Assembly: GCA_041483895.1 (NCBI GenBank)
Contig: JBGPGO010000017.1
Span: forward strand, 1 to 64,000
DNA from: Fimbriimonadia bacterium
Lineage (GTDB): Bacteria; Armatimonadota; Fimbriimonadia; Fimbriimonadales; JABRVX01
Reading direction: 5' to 3'
DNA length: 64,000 bases
The notes beneath the pieces were generated by a model. The model searched no databases. It was not told the DNA's origin and saw nothing but the letters and a program-made list of their open reading frames with translations. How positions within the stretch are numbered: position 1 is the stretch's first letter; each line of letters begins with the position of its first letter. Of this stretch, positions 9,374 through 19,985 are shown piece by piece. The position numbers and the translations under genes were made by a program.

Positions 9374-10216
9374 TTGTGGATTTGTTATGTCGATGAGGCT
9401 GGGGATACCGGCGCATTGCCAGCGGTACCCGATCCGTTAGGAAATGATCAGCCGGTATTTGTGATTTCCGGCCTCATGGTGGCTGTCAATCAACTCGATA
9501 CGCTAACAAACGAGTTTCTCAAGGTTAAGAGGCAGTTCTTCCCAAAACTTCCATACCCCTCCGCTAATCACCTGGATACCATCATTCCTGAGATCAAAGG
9601 CCGCGATCTTCGAAGGAATGCAATGACCGGCAACCGAGACCAAATACGTCATTCGATTGGATTCCTCGATCATGTGTTGCGACTACTTGAACGATGTGAC
9701 TCAAGGCTAATGTCGCGAATTTGGGTTAAGCCTCTCGGCGGCGCGTTTGACGGTAAAGCGGTCTACACATCATCGATGCAAACCGTGTGCAGTTGGATGG
9801 ATCAGTTCCTATCCGGCATTGACGACACCGGATTTTGCATCGCCGATGCTCGCAATAAGCCGAAGAATGTGAACGTTTCCCACTCAATATTCACGAAGAA
9901 GTTTCAAGCTTCGACCGCTTTCTATTCGCGGTTGATTGAACTGCCAACATTTGGTCACAGCGACAATCATGCTCCGATTCAACTTTGTGATATCATCTGT
10001 TCCGCGCTCCTATATCCCATAGCGTGTCACGTATACTGCGACGGCTATGTCGCGAACGTCCATGTCCAGCCAAATGCACAGCGCCTGAAGCAACGCTTTG
10101 CCGACAGATTGAAGCACCTTCAATATCGATTTCAAGATGGCGATGGGAGGTTTAGAGGCGGTATTACGGTCTCGGATCCTCTTGAGAAACGCAGTGCGAG
10201 GCTGATGTTCTCATAG
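9374..10216 (+). CDS. DUF3800 family protein (RNase H-like acidic motifs)
   Basis: YVDEAG, FVISG, EIKG and S..IQLCD motifs; visibly lower GC than neighbours. Confidence 0.85.
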   Translation: MWICYVDEAGDTGALPAVPDPLGNDQPVFVISGLMVAVNQLDTLTNEFLKVKRQFFPKLPYPSANHLDTIIPEIKGRDLRRNAMTGNRDQIRHSIGFLDHVLRLLERCDSRLMSRIWVKPLGGAFDGKAVYTSSMQTVCSWMDQFLSGIDDTGFCIADARNKPKNVNVSHSIFTKKFQASTAFYSRLIELPTFGHSDNHAPIQLCDIICSALLYPIACHVYCDGYVANVHVQPNAQRLKQRFADRLKHLQYRFQDGDGRFRGGITVSDPLEKRSARLMFS

Positions 10217-10270
10217 CATTTTTGGGGAACTTTCAATCCACGGCGCAGGGCCACTGATTGGCGATGCTCT

Positions 10271-12460
10271 TCATTTCGACTGGGAAGTTGCATTGATTCT
10301 CGCCAACTCTTTTAGTAAAAAGTCGACGTTTTTGAACGGATCGCCGCCGGTTCTCTTCCACCTCACCTTACCCTCACCGTCGATGAGGATCGTCGAATGC
10401 AGTTCAATGTCCTCAAAGTCGTCGTACGATGCAAATCGCCGTGCGTTTTCATGGTTCGTGTCGGACAGCACCGTGATCTTGATGTCTTTGAGCGCATTGG
10501 AGGGCTTTGTTTGCGATGGCGGCGCGCTGCAGACAGCCAACACCTCCGCATTCTTCTGCTCGAAATCCGTCATGCGCTTATTCATCGCCTCCAACTGCTC
10601 GACGCAATGCACGCAGGAATCGCCCAAGAAAAAGATAAGCACGACGTTTTTGCCGCGATAGTCTTGCAGCCGGATCGGCTTTCCGTCCACGTTGAGAACG
10701 TCCAATTTGGGCGCCGGATAGGGCTGCCAGTTGCTGGGGCCAATCGAGTCGAGGTCTGCCGGGCGATACACGCGCTCCTTCGCAGGCGTCTCGGCGACCG
10801 GTTTTGCAGTAAGCCCGAGCGCCTTTACATCTGCCATCCATTTCAATCCGGGATCGCAATTCGACCAAACGTACATCAGCCGTCCTGCGTAGTGTTCGGC
10901 GTTCATGCGATCACCCATGGCGTTGTAGGCCTTCGCAAGGCCGGCCAAGGAAAACCCGTCGTTCGGTTCGTTTTTCAGCGCACGCTCATAGGCTGCAACA
11001 GCTAAGTTGAACTCGCCGCTTCGAAAGTACACATCTCCCACGAGCCGCATGATCGGCCAGGGTTCGGACGGAGGATCGTCCGTGTAGTTATGATTGTCTC
11101 GCTCATCCTGCTCCATTTTTGCCGCGTCGAGCAGAGCGCGTTGGCCGTCGAGTATATTGCCCTCGGCGGCGAGCAACAGACCCTCTGCGGTATGGAACTC
11201 CGAGCCCAGATAATTCTCCGCCGATTTATCCTTCTCGAGGCGTTTGTCATACATAGTCTTTAAGGATGCGTACCTCTCCTTGGCCTGGACCATGTCCCCT
11301 TTCCCCAGATTCGCCAGCGTCTCCGCATAAGCCTTGCTATAGTCGTCGTCTTCGTTTCCATCCCGCCAAGAGATCGTTCCCGGTTTCAAGATGTCGTCCC
11401 AGCGTTCGAACTTGAGCAGGGCACGCAGCAGGCCAAATTTTCCCGCCTGTGTAAACCCGTATCCATCCGACGGATTGAAGTCGGGGTCTTGCGGCGCTGC
11501 CATCAGATCCCGCGATCCTTTGATCGATGCTTCCGCCATGCCAAGTTGTTCTTGGATGTAACAGAGATAGTTTCGGTTGTGCGCGTAGTTCCAGGTCTCG
11601 AAGGGCAGGGCCAGGCGATCGTTCATATATTTCAGCTCGGTTCGGGTCGCCGAATCCATCGAGATGGCCGCCTCGTGCCACATTCCGATCTTGCTGTAGA
11701 TATGGCCCGGCATGTGGCGCGCGTGGCCGACCGCCGGGGCCGCTTTGCCATATTGTTCACAACTCTTGATCGCCTGAACGGACGAGACATGATCCCAATT
11801 GTGGATGCTGGCGTGATGCGCGCCGGGATGCATCGGATTCTTGGCAAGCACCTGATCGATCAAGAGCTGGTTCGTGAAGGCGCTGCCCTGGCCGATGTTG
11901 TAGAACGCCAAGAGAGCCTTTGCCTCGATATCGTCCGGGTACTTCAATACGATTGCCTGCAACTTGTCCACGATGACAACGGTGCGATTGTCCAGGTCCT
12001 GAGCGTAGCCATATTCCCAGGCCTCGATGTACATTCGTTCCCGATCGGTCACCTTGTCCTTGCGGCGGATGGCTTCGTTGAGAAACTTGCGATATCGGTC
12101 GGTGAACTTCTCGTCCAAATGCTTGGGACTGCGCGTAAACCAAGTGAACCCGCAGCGGGCGAGGCCCCAATAAGCCATCGCGCAGTCCGGGTCCAATTTG
12201 AGGCACCAGCGGAAGGAGCGCTCGGCCTCCTCGAACCAGAAGGAGTGCAGGAGCGCGTTGCCCTGGTTGAACCACTGTTGCACCTCTTTGTTCTTGCAGG
12301 TGATCGGAAATGGGGTGTTTCCGATGCCGTTCATCACCCAAGGCTTCGTCCGCATTCCGGAGTCGAATGCCGAACCATGCTTTGAATGGCCGGGGTCTTC
12401 ATCGGCAACGGCGGCAAGCATGATCGCTAGGGCAACGATGAGGGCGACGATGAGTTTCAT
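10271..12460 (-). CDS. Secreted TPR-rich protein with C-terminal AhpC/TSA redoxin domain
   Basis: Signal MKLIVAL, EAERSF...DPDCAMAYWG, HMPGHIY, C-terminal CVHC. Confidence 0.8.
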   Translation of the reverse strand: MKLIVALIVALAIMLAAVADEDPGHSKHGSAFDSGMRTKPWVMNGIGNTPFPITCKNKEVQQWFNQGNALLHSFWFEEAERSFRWCLKLDPDCAMAYWGLARCGFTWFTRSPKHLDEKFTDRYRKFLNEAIRRKDKVTDRERMYIEAWEYGYAQDLDNRTVVIVDKLQAIVLKYPDDIEAKALLAFYNIGQGSAFTNQLLIDQVLAKNPMHPGAHHASIHNWDHVSSVQAIKSCEQYGKAAPAVGHARHMPGHIYSKIGMWHEAAISMDSATRTELKYMNDRLALPFETWNYAHNRNYLCYIQEQLGMAEASIKGSRDLMAAPQDPDFNPSDGYGFTQAGKFGLLRALLKFERWDDILKPGTISWRDGNEDDDYSKAYAETLANLGKGDMVQAKERYASLKTMYDKRLEKDKSAENYLGSEFHTAEGLLLAAEGNILDGQRALLDAAKMEQDERDNHNYTDDPPSEPWPIMRLVGDVYFRSGEFNLAVAAYERALKNEPNDGFSLAGLAKAYNAMGDRMNAEHYAGRLMYVWSNCDPGLKWMADVKALGLTAKPVAETPAKERVYRPADLDSIGPSNWQPYPAPKLDVLNVDGKPIRLQDYRGKNVVLIFFLGDSCVHCVEQLEAMNKRMTDFEQKNAEVLAVCSAPPSQTKPSNALKDIKITVLSDTNHENARRFASYDDFEDIELHSTILIDGEGKVRWKRTGGDPFKNVDFLLKELARINATSQSK

Positions 12461-12598
12461 GGTGTTTGCTTGGAAAATACTGGATCGTCGCGCTTCCTCC
12501 TGCATTCGGCAGACCCGTGGAGATGCCTGGCCATTGGAACGCTTCCATGTGGAAAGTGAGTTCGGGAGGGTGGCTGGGTTACGCCTTCTACGTTGACT

Positions 12599-14332
12599 AT
12601 GCAGACAGGCGATATCTTTGTTCAAGAGGGTCTCATCACGCGGGAGCAGCTGGATCAGGCAATGGAGGTCCAGCGTGAATCCGGCAGCGGTGAGCCGATC
12701 GCGCGTCTCCTCGTAAAACTCGGGATCATTTCGGACAAGGATCGGCTTCGATGCACCGGCAAAATGTGGGGGGTCTCCTTCCTAGACCTTCAAGAGATTC
12801 CGCCGGCGCCGGAGGCCATCGGTTTGCTCACCGGCTCCGTCGCTCGCCGCCTCAAGAGCGTTCCCGTCCGCATTTACGAGGGCATTCTCCATGTCGCGAT
12901 GGTCAACCCGCTGGACGTGTTCGCCATTGACGAGCTTCGCGCGACCGCGGAGATGGACGTTGAGCCGTTCATCGCCTCGGAAGATGACCTGGTTGCCTGC
13001 ATCGCCGCCAATTACAAGTCCGAGGACGATGTCGGCTCTGCCTTGCTGGGGGTTATTTCTGAGTTCGAGGACGACATCCATGTCTCGGACCTCGAACACA
13101 TCGAAGAGGATGACCTTACCGCCGATAAGCTGCGCGAACTCGGCGGCGAAGCGCCCGTCATCCGTCTTGCCAACCTGATCATCGCCCAAGCCATCGCCGA
13201 CGGAGCCAGCGATATACATATCGAGCCGCAGTCGGATGGTGTGAAGGTGCGGTACCGGATCGACGGAGTCTTGATGGACGCGATGAGCCTTCCCAAGAAG
13301 CTGCTGGCTTCGCTGAGCAGCCGATTCAAGATCATGTCGGACATGGACATCGCCGAGAAGCGAGTACCGCAGGACAACCGCATCGGCGCCACCGTCAACG
13401 GGCGGCCCTACGATTTTCGCGTATCCACACTGCCAGTCATCTATGGAGAGAAGATCGTTCTTCGCGTCCTGGACAAGCAAAGCATTTCGATTGGGCTGGA
13501 AAAGCTGGGGTTCCTTGAAGACACGCTCGAGGGCCTGCGAAAGCTCTGCGCCCGGACATACGGGATCTTGCTCGTGACAGGTCCAACCGGTTCAGGTAAG
13601 TCGACGACCCTCTACTCCGTCCTAAACCAGATTAATACCGGCCTCACGAACATCATCACGATCGAGGATCCGGTCGAGTACGAATTGGCCGGTATCAATC
13701 AGTGCGGCGTGAATGTGAAGGCGGGAATGACCTTTGCCGCCGGATTGCGAGCCATGTTGCGCCAGGACCCGGACATCATCATGGTCGGCGAAATGCGAGA
13801 CGAAGAGACCGCCACGATTGCCATGGAGGCGGCGCTTACGGGTCACTTCGTTCTGTCAACGCTCCACACGAACGACGCCACGAGCGCGCCCAACCGCTTG
13901 GTGGATATGGGCGTGGAGACCTTCCTCATAGCGTCCTCGCTGATCGGGGTTTTGGCCCAGCGGCTGGTCCGAAAGGTCTGCGTCAAGTGCGTCGAGGAGT
14001 ACACGGAGAACTGCGACACCCTTCGTCGATTTGGGTTCCGTGTTTCGGATGCGCTAGAGGCTGAATGCGGTGGAACACTCAAACTCTATCGGGGCAAGGG
14101 CTGCGACCATTGCAAGGGGAGCGGATACAAGGGCCGTTCGGGCGTCCATGAGCTTCTCGAATTCACCGATGAAATTCGCGACCTGGTGCTGAAGAAAGAG
14201 CCGTCCCACCGGCTGCGGGCTTTAGCTGAGCAGACTACCGGGATGCGAAGCCTCCAAGACGACGCGCTGGTAAAAGTATTACGTGGGCTGACGACTGTGG
14301 AAGAAGTAGTCCGTGTGATTTACAGCGGTTGA
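12599..14332 (+). CDS. pilB: Type IV pilus/T2SS assembly ATPase PilB/GspE with MshEN-like N-terminus
   Basis: ASDIHIEP, GPTGSGKSTT, EDPVEY, LRQDPD, two CxxC pairs. Confidence 0.9.
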   Translation: MQTGDIFVQEGLITREQLDQAMEVQRESGSGEPIARLLVKLGIISDKDRLRCTGKMWGVSFLDLQEIPPAPEAIGLLTGSVARRLKSVPVRIYEGILHVAMVNPLDVFAIDELRATAEMDVEPFIASEDDLVACIAANYKSEDDVGSALLGVISEFEDDIHVSDLEHIEEDDLTADKLRELGGEAPVIRLANLIIAQAIADGASDIHIEPQSDGVKVRYRIDGVLMDAMSLPKKLLASLSSRFKIMSDMDIAEKRVPQDNRIGATVNGRPYDFRVSTLPVIYGEKIVLRVLDKQSISIGLEKLGFLEDTLEGLRKLCARTYGILLVTGPTGSGKSTTLYSVLNQINTGLTNIITIEDPVEYELAGINQCGVNVKAGMTFAAGLRAMLRQDPDIIMVGEMRDEETATIAMEAALTGHFVLSTLHTNDATSAPNRLVDMGVETFLIASSLIGVLAQRLVRKVCVKCVEEYTENCDTLRRFGFRVSDALEAECGGTLKLYRGKGCDHCKGSGYKGRSGVHELLEFTDEIRDLVLKKEPSHRLRALAEQTTGMRSLQDDALVKVLRGLTTVEEVVRVIYSG

Positions 14333-14340
14333 GGTACTGA

Positions 14341-15207
14341 ATGTCCGCATTGCCGAACCAACAAGTAGCGATCGATGCCGTCCTCGCCCAGGTAAAAGAC
14401 CTGGCGGTTCTGCCACAGGTCGTGTACAAGATTCTGGAGCTTACGGGCAATCCGACCGCATGTGCCTCGCAAGTTGAACAGGCTGTCTGCATCGACCCAG
14501 GGTTTAGCGCGAGGGTATTGAAGCTCGTCAACTCGGCCTATTACAGCCTGTCCAAACCTGTCGGATCGATCAAGGACGCCGTGATGTTTATCGGGTTCAA
14601 GTCGCTTCGGCAGCTCGCGATGACGATCGGCGCGTTCGACATGTTCATGGGAAAGATGGACAAAGGCAGCATGCGGCGCCGGCTGTTGTGGCGGCATTCG
14701 TTGGATACGGCGACGGTCGCACGGGAGCTGGCGGCACGATTTCAAGATGTCAGTCCGGATGAGGCCCACGCCGCAGCCCTGTTGCACGACATCGGCAAGT
14801 CGATGCTGGAACAGTATGGCTATGTCAGCTATGAGGCGGTGGAGAGCCTGATGGACATGGGGATCAGTCCTCTCGAAGCTGAACGGCAGGCGCTTGGCGT
14901 TGACCATTGCACGATGGGAATGGCGGTCGCGGCGCACTGGCGGTTCCCGTCTTTTCTTACCGAATGCATCGGATGCCACCATGTTCCCGGACCGGACATG
15001 GACAATCCGCAGCTTTGCGCGATCATCGCGATCGCAAACGCATTTGCTCATTTACATAGTTCCAAAGAGGAGGCGGTCCCTCGCGATCGCATCCCGGATT
15101 GGGCGGCAAATCTGCTGGGTCTCAACGATCCAGCAATCGCCAATGCCACGTATGAAGAATGCCGCAACGCCATCGACCAGTCCGCCGCTCTGGCGGGCGC
15201 GTTTTGA
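14341..15207 (+). CDS. HDOD domain protein
   Basis: DPGFSARVLKLVNS, WRHS, LLHDIGK and WRFP motifs. Confidence 0.9.
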   Translation: MSALPNQQVAIDAVLAQVKDLAVLPQVVYKILELTGNPTACASQVEQAVCIDPGFSARVLKLVNSAYYSLSKPVGSIKDAVMFIGFKSLRQLAMTIGAFDMFMGKMDKGSMRRRLLWRHSLDTATVARELAARFQDVSPDEAHAAALLHDIGKSMLEQYGYVSYEAVESLMDMGISPLEAERQALGVDHCTMGMAVAAHWRFPSFLTECIGCHHVPGPDMDNPQLCAIIAIANAFAHLHSSKEEAVPRDRIPDWAANLLGLNDPAIANATYEECRNAIDQSAALAGAF

Positions 15208-15222
15208 GAGGAGTCAGGCACG

Positions 15223-16428
15223 ATGTCCGAAACCTTTGACTGGAAAAAACTGATACCGGCCGATCTTAAAGGCCCATCGCAGGGAATGGCCGAGGCGTTC
15301 GGTCAACCGGACCTGCGCGTTGAGCCCGGAGGAGCATCACAAGTGTCCGAAAACATCCGGCCGATCAGCGAACTGCATATCGACGACCTTCTTCGCGAAT
15401 GCGTCGAGAGAAAGGGCTCGGACCTCCATATCACCGTAGGACTTCCTCCAACAGTGCGAATTGATGGCGAATTGGTGTCCCTCAGCTACGCCCGGCTGGA
15501 GGACAATGACACCCGCCGACTAGTCTACGACGTTCTCAGCGTCGACCAGCTCAAGCAGTATGAGATGACGCACGAATTGGACTTTGCGTACGGCGTCAAG
15601 GGTGTTGCTCGATTCCGATTCAACGTGTATATGCAGCGTGGCGCGGTTGCGGTCGCGATGCGGGTAATTCCTTCGCGGATACCGAGCTTCGAGGACCTTC
15701 GACTGCCGCCGGTTATCCGGGAATTGAGCAAGCGGTCAAGCGGTCTAGTTCTGGTCACTGGGCCCACGGGATCAGGTAAGTCCACTACGATCGCGACCAT
15801 GATCGACGACATCAACTGCAATCGGACTTCGCATATCATCACAATCGAGGACCCGATCGAGTATCTGCATTCGCATAAGAGCTGCATGGTCAATCAGCGC
15901 GAGGTGGGATCGGACACGAAGGCCTTTGCCAACGCGCTTCGAGCCGTTCTTCGGGAAGACCCAGATGTCATTCTGGTTGGAGAGATGCGCGATTTGGAGA
16001 CGATTACCGCCGCGCTCACACTTGCCGAAACGGGCCACTTAGTATTCGGTACACTGCACACCCGGAACGCCCCGCAGAGCATCGACCGAATCGTCGACGT
16101 ATTTCCACCGGAACAACAGGAGCAAATTCGTGTTTTGCTCAGCAACACGCTCGAAGCGATCGTCGCGCAGCAGCTCCTCCCCATGCTGGGTGGAGGGCGA
16201 ATTGCCGCGATCGAGATCATGGTTGCAACCGCCGCTATTCGCAACCTTGTCAGAGAAGCGAAGACCCACCAGATGTACTCCAGCATCGAGACGGGCCATG
16301 AACATGGCATGCAAACGATGGACCGGGCGCTTGCGGACATCCATAAGAACGGGTACGTAAGCTATGAGGAAGCCGCTCGGCGATCCATCGACAAAGACAC
16401 ATTCTCTCGCCTGGTAAAGGGCGGATAG
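15223..16428 (+). CDS. pilT: Twitching motility retraction ATPase
   Basis: GSDLH, GPTGSGKSTT, LREDPD, AETGHLV, AIRNLVRE and GMQT motifs. Confidence 0.93.
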   Translation: MSETFDWKKLIPADLKGPSQGMAEAFGQPDLRVEPGGASQVSENIRPISELHIDDLLRECVERKGSDLHITVGLPPTVRIDGELVSLSYARLEDNDTRRLVYDVLSVDQLKQYEMTHELDFAYGVKGVARFRFNVYMQRGAVAVAMRVIPSRIPSFEDLRLPPVIRELSKRSSGLVLVTGPTGSGKSTTIATMIDDINCNRTSHIITIEDPIEYLHSHKSCMVNQREVGSDTKAFANALRAVLREDPDVILVGEMRDLETITAALTLAETGHLVFGTLHTRNAPQSIDRIVDVFPPEQQEQIRVLLSNTLEAIVAQQLLPMLGGGRIAAIEIMVATAAIRNLVREAKTHQMYSSIETGHEHGMQTMDRALADIHKNGYVSYEEAARRSIDKDTFSRLVKGG

Positions 16429-16441
16429 GCTTCTTTTAACG

Positions 16442-16470
16442 CGAAATCCCCTCCTGAAGGAGGGGATTCG
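16442..16470. terminator. Hairpin between convergent pilT and S8 protease genes
   Basis: cgaaatcccctcc-tgaa-ggaggggattcg. Confidence 0.7.
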
Positions 16471-16489
16471 TGGTTCTGGACTCTGACGA

Positions 16490-18157
16490 TCAGAAGTGCG
16501 TGATCCGGACGTCCATGAAGTCCATGCTAACAAGGTGACCGATCAGCAGATTGGTCTGAATCCTGATCCTCATTTGACCGGTGTTGGAAGTGTAGTCGTT
16601 CGGATCGCCGGGGAGATCGACCGAATATGCCGTCTCCGTTGGACTCAACGGATTACTTGTCGAGGCAATGGCCCACGAGTTTGACGCCCACTTGTAAACG
16701 TACAGCTTGGCGCCGACCGCAACGGTAGATGCCGCCCTGAAATCGACCGTGCCCGCAAGTTTGGTGTTGATCCCTACGTTGAATTCGACATAGTAATCGC
16801 TTCCGAACTGCTCATACGTGCCTTTGCCGGCGACAGTGTACGTTAGGACGACGCCATTGTCGGTCAGCAACACATTGTTGTCGTCGGTGAGAAGTGATGT
16901 GTAGTCGCCTGAAAGGATATTTCCCTTGAGCATCGTGACGCCGGAGGGATAATAGGTATCTTCGGTCGGAGGCGGGCCGATGTTGTTAATCGCATTGCTG
17001 AGATTAATCCGGCCATGGGCGACGAAGGTCCCGACGTTATCGCAGGTGTTTTCCAGGGCGGCTCGGACAATCTGAGCGCTGACCTTGGAACGAGGGCCGC
17101 CCAACTTGCTATAAACCAGAGCTGCGGCCCCAGCCACATGCGGGCAGGCCATCGACGTACCGGAAAGGTTCGTGTAGCCGCTGCCGTAAGTTGAGTAGAT
17201 GTTTTCGCCAGGGGCAGCCACATCGACCCAGCTGCCATAGTTCGAGAAGCTGGACCGCGCATCGGCACTGTTGGTTGAAGCGACGGCGATGGCATTGGCG
17301 TACCAAGCGGGATAAAACGGCGCGGTGCTGTTATTGTTTCCGGCGGCACAGCAAACGACAGTTCCGCCATTCCAAGCACTGGTAATCGCCGATTCCATGG
17401 CGCCGTCACCGCCGCCGCCCAGACTGAGGCTGATGACCTTAGCTCCGTGCGAGGCCGCATATCCGATGCCAAGCGCCACGTTCGATGTGCTGCCCGAGCC
17501 GCCGCTATCAAGTACCTTGACGGCCATCAGCGAGCAGTTGAAGGCGACACCGGCGATGCCGACACCGTTGTTCGTGTTGGCGGCCGCGATGCCCGCACAG
17601 TGCGTGCCATGTCCGTTATCGTCCAAGGGGAAGTCGTCATTATTTACGTAGTCATGACCAAGGGCCACTTTGCCGGTTAGGTCTGGATGGTTGTAATTGA
17701 CGCCGGTGTCGATTATGGCGATCACTGTTCCGACATCTCCCGTCCAGGTATTCCACGCCAAATCGCACTTGATCTTCTTCGGTCCATATTGCGAACCCCA
17801 CGACGGATCGTTCGGCGTGAACGTGGCATGGACAACATGATCCGGCTCAGCATACTTAACGTTCGGCTGCAATGCAATCTGGGCAATCTTGGCGAAAATG
17901 TCGGTATTGGCCGGATATTTGATTCGGACCATGTATATTTCCGGTGCGAATGCATCGACTGTTCCACCAAACATCTGTGAACCTAAGGCTATTTCCGTTC
18001 CGTTGGCCTCTCCGAAGAATCCAACGACAACGGTGTTCTTTACGTATTCAATCCCATTCTTATCGCGGGCAATTTGCAGGGTCTGTTCCTTGCACATTCC
18101 AGTGCAAAGGAACAAGATCGCAGCACCCACGACCGAAAGACTGCGGTAAAAACTCAT
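16490..18157 (-). CDS. Secreted S8 subtilisin/thermitase-like serine protease with extra C-terminal domain
   Basis: IIDTGV, NGHGTHCAG and SGTSMACPHVAG triad motifs. Confidence 0.93.
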   Translation of the reverse strand: MSFYRSLSVVGAAILFLCTGMCKEQTLQIARDKNGIEYVKNTVVVGFFGEANGTEIALGSQMFGGTVDAFAPEIYMVRIKYPANTDIFAKIAQIALQPNVKYAEPDHVVHATFTPNDPSWGSQYGPKKIKCDLAWNTWTGDVGTVIAIIDTGVNYNHPDLTGKVALGHDYVNNDDFPLDDNGHGTHCAGIAAANTNNGVGIAGVAFNCSLMAVKVLDSGGSGSTSNVALGIGYAASHGAKVISLSLGGGGDGAMESAITSAWNGGTVVCCAAGNNNSTAPFYPAWYANAIAVASTNSADARSSFSNYGSWVDVAAPGENIYSTYGSGYTNLSGTSMACPHVAGAAALVYSKLGGPRSKVSAQIVRAALENTCDNVGTFVAHGRINLSNAINNIGPPPTEDTYYPSGVTMLKGNILSGDYTSLLTDDNNVLLTDNGVVLTYTVAGKGTYEQFGSDYYVEFNVGINTKLAGTVDFRAASTVAVGAKLYVYKWASNSWAIASTSNPLSPTETAYSVDLPGDPNDYTSNTGQMRIRIQTNLLIGHLVSMDFMDVRITHF

Positions 18158-18487
18158 TATAAGATTGCTCCTTCATCGACGCTTTAGGACTCAAATCGCC
18201 AGGCAGAATGCGGCCTGACGGTACGAGGGCTTAAGACAGTATACAGGAGAAAAAGGTTCCAGCCCGCCTCTTAAAGGCACCAGGCCTCCGGTGGAGGGAG
18301 GCCTGGAAGGGCTACGCTGCGAGAATAGCCCAGGGGATGAGTCAATTCAATTTTTGTGGTCTGCGACTCAGCGTGCATTGGCATTAAACAGGTACCGAAC
18401 AAAATCCGTTCCCGAAAATTACGAAAATTTGCAGGGAGCGGCCAATCCGCCTGGATTCCGTTGGCCGTCGGGATGGTAGTGTATTCC

Positions 18488-19036
18488 GTGCTTAGTTTTT
18501 TGCGGAGAATTTCGACGCTGCTGCCTGGCATCATTGCCTGTGCCATGCTCGTCGGCGGTTGCGGGTCCGGACCGTCAAAGTCAGCCGCTGCGAGACCCGG
18601 CATGCAGGAGACATCGAAACCGATCGACGAGCGTCCGTGGGCCGATTTCGAGCATGAACTGGTCCGTATTGGGACGGTTTCCCTTCAAAAGCACAGCCAC
18701 CGTGGCGGGAAAACCGCCGCTATCTACGGCACACCGTGGGCCGCGGAGGCGCTGAAGAAGTACATCGCCGGCCCGCGCACTTGGCCGGGGGAGTTCCGGA
18801 CCGGCTCCATGTTTGTGCAAAGCCACGAGGATGGCACCGTGTACGTCATGAGAAAGAGGCCGCTCGGCCGCCTATCGAACTCGAAGGATTGGTATTTTGC
18901 CTTGGAGCGCGAGGGCAGAATCATCCTGCAGTCGGGTACGACGCCGGACAAGACCATCCAAGAGGCCTGTATCAATTGCCACGCAACGCTGGCAGCGAAG
19001 TCGGATTGGGTTATTCCGCCCGGGCGCTCGAAATAA
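18488..19036 (+). CDS. Cytochrome P460-like c-type lipoprotein
   Basis: Lipobox-like LVGGC, VMRK, DWYF, C-terminal CINCH heme motif; start uncertain. Confidence 0.7.
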   Translation: MLSFLRRISTLLPGIIACAMLVGGCGSGPSKSAAARPGMQETSKPIDERPWADFEHELVRIGTVSLQKHSHRGGKTAAIYGTPWAAEALKKYIAGPRTWPGEFRTGSMFVQSHEDGTVYVMRKRPLGRLSNSKDWYFALEREGRIILQSGTTPDKTIQEACINCHATLAAKSDWVIPPGRSK

Positions 19037-19814
19037 CGATCCTCCTTCGAACACGCCAAGCCACTCCCAGCAGGGCCGCTCCCGTGCCGACAAACGTTGA
19101 GGGTTCGGGAATCGGCGGTGGCGGGCTGTGACCCGGATGCAAGAAGATCAGTCCAGGCAGGAATCCCAGCCAGCCGGGGATGCCGCCCACAGCCACCGGT
19201 ACGATGGCCTCTTTCCCCGATTCTTCGATGACATCCGGAGTCTGTACGGATATGTCGGGAATGCTGGGGATGACAGCCGTCACCATTGCCGGCTCATCAA
19301 ATTCGAACTCCGGCTGTGGACTTTGAACCACCTGGACGCGATCCGGCTGCATCATCTCGTCGATGCTGGTTGATAGCGGCAGGTCCGGGTTAAGGTCGAG
19401 CGTGACTGGTTCCGGAGTGAAGACGCTGAACTTCCAGATCATCGGGTTGCCGCAGGAGAATTTCAGGATCGGCACACCCATCGAATTGGCCCAAACGGCT
19501 GTATGCGCCTTGAGCACGAATTCTCGCACCCGGATCTGCCCATTCGGAGTTACGTTGTAGACATCGAAGCGGCCAGCCCTGTCGAGCCGTATCTTTGCCA
19601 GCGCCGAAAACAGCCGGATGACTTCGGCGGGCGAGATGCCGAAGTGCCTCACATAGCGATCCATCACCTGCGGGTCCTTCTTGACCAAACGCACCAGCTG
19701 CGCGGTCGAGTAGGCAGGCTGATTTAGGAACGCGTTCGGCTCGATGGCGAGCGAAGGCGTAGCCAGAGTTAACCAGGTTACAAAACAAAATATTGCAGCG
19801 TATGCCCTCATCAA
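19011..19814 (-). CDS. PEP-CTERM sorting-signal protein
   Basis: Signal peptide; C-terminal IPEPST, TM segment, RVRRR. Confidence 0.85.
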   Translation of the reverse strand: MMRAYAAIFCFVTWLTLATPSLAIEPNAFLNQPAYSTAQLVRLVKKDPQVMDRYVRHFGISPAEVIRLFSALAKIRLDRAGRFDVYNVTPNGQIRVREFVLKAHTAVWANSMGVPILKFSCGNPMIWKFSVFTPEPVTLDLNPDLPLSTSIDEMMQPDRVQVVQSPQPEFEFDEPAMVTAVIPSIPDISVQTPDVIEESGKEAIVPVAVGGIPGWLGFLPGLIFLHPGHSPPPPIPEPSTFVGTGAALLGVAWRVRRRIVISSARAE

Positions 19815-19985
19815 AACCCATCCTCTCTAACAAAACAGACAAAGACGGGACCGTCCAGTGCAATTGCAAGTTCGGTTCTATTCTACAATAACATCCTGCA
19901 ATTCCTATGCCAGAGAGTGCAAGAACCGGTAGGAATCGAATGCGAACCGGCAATTCTGACTGTTGCGGATTCGGCGGCCCTGCAA

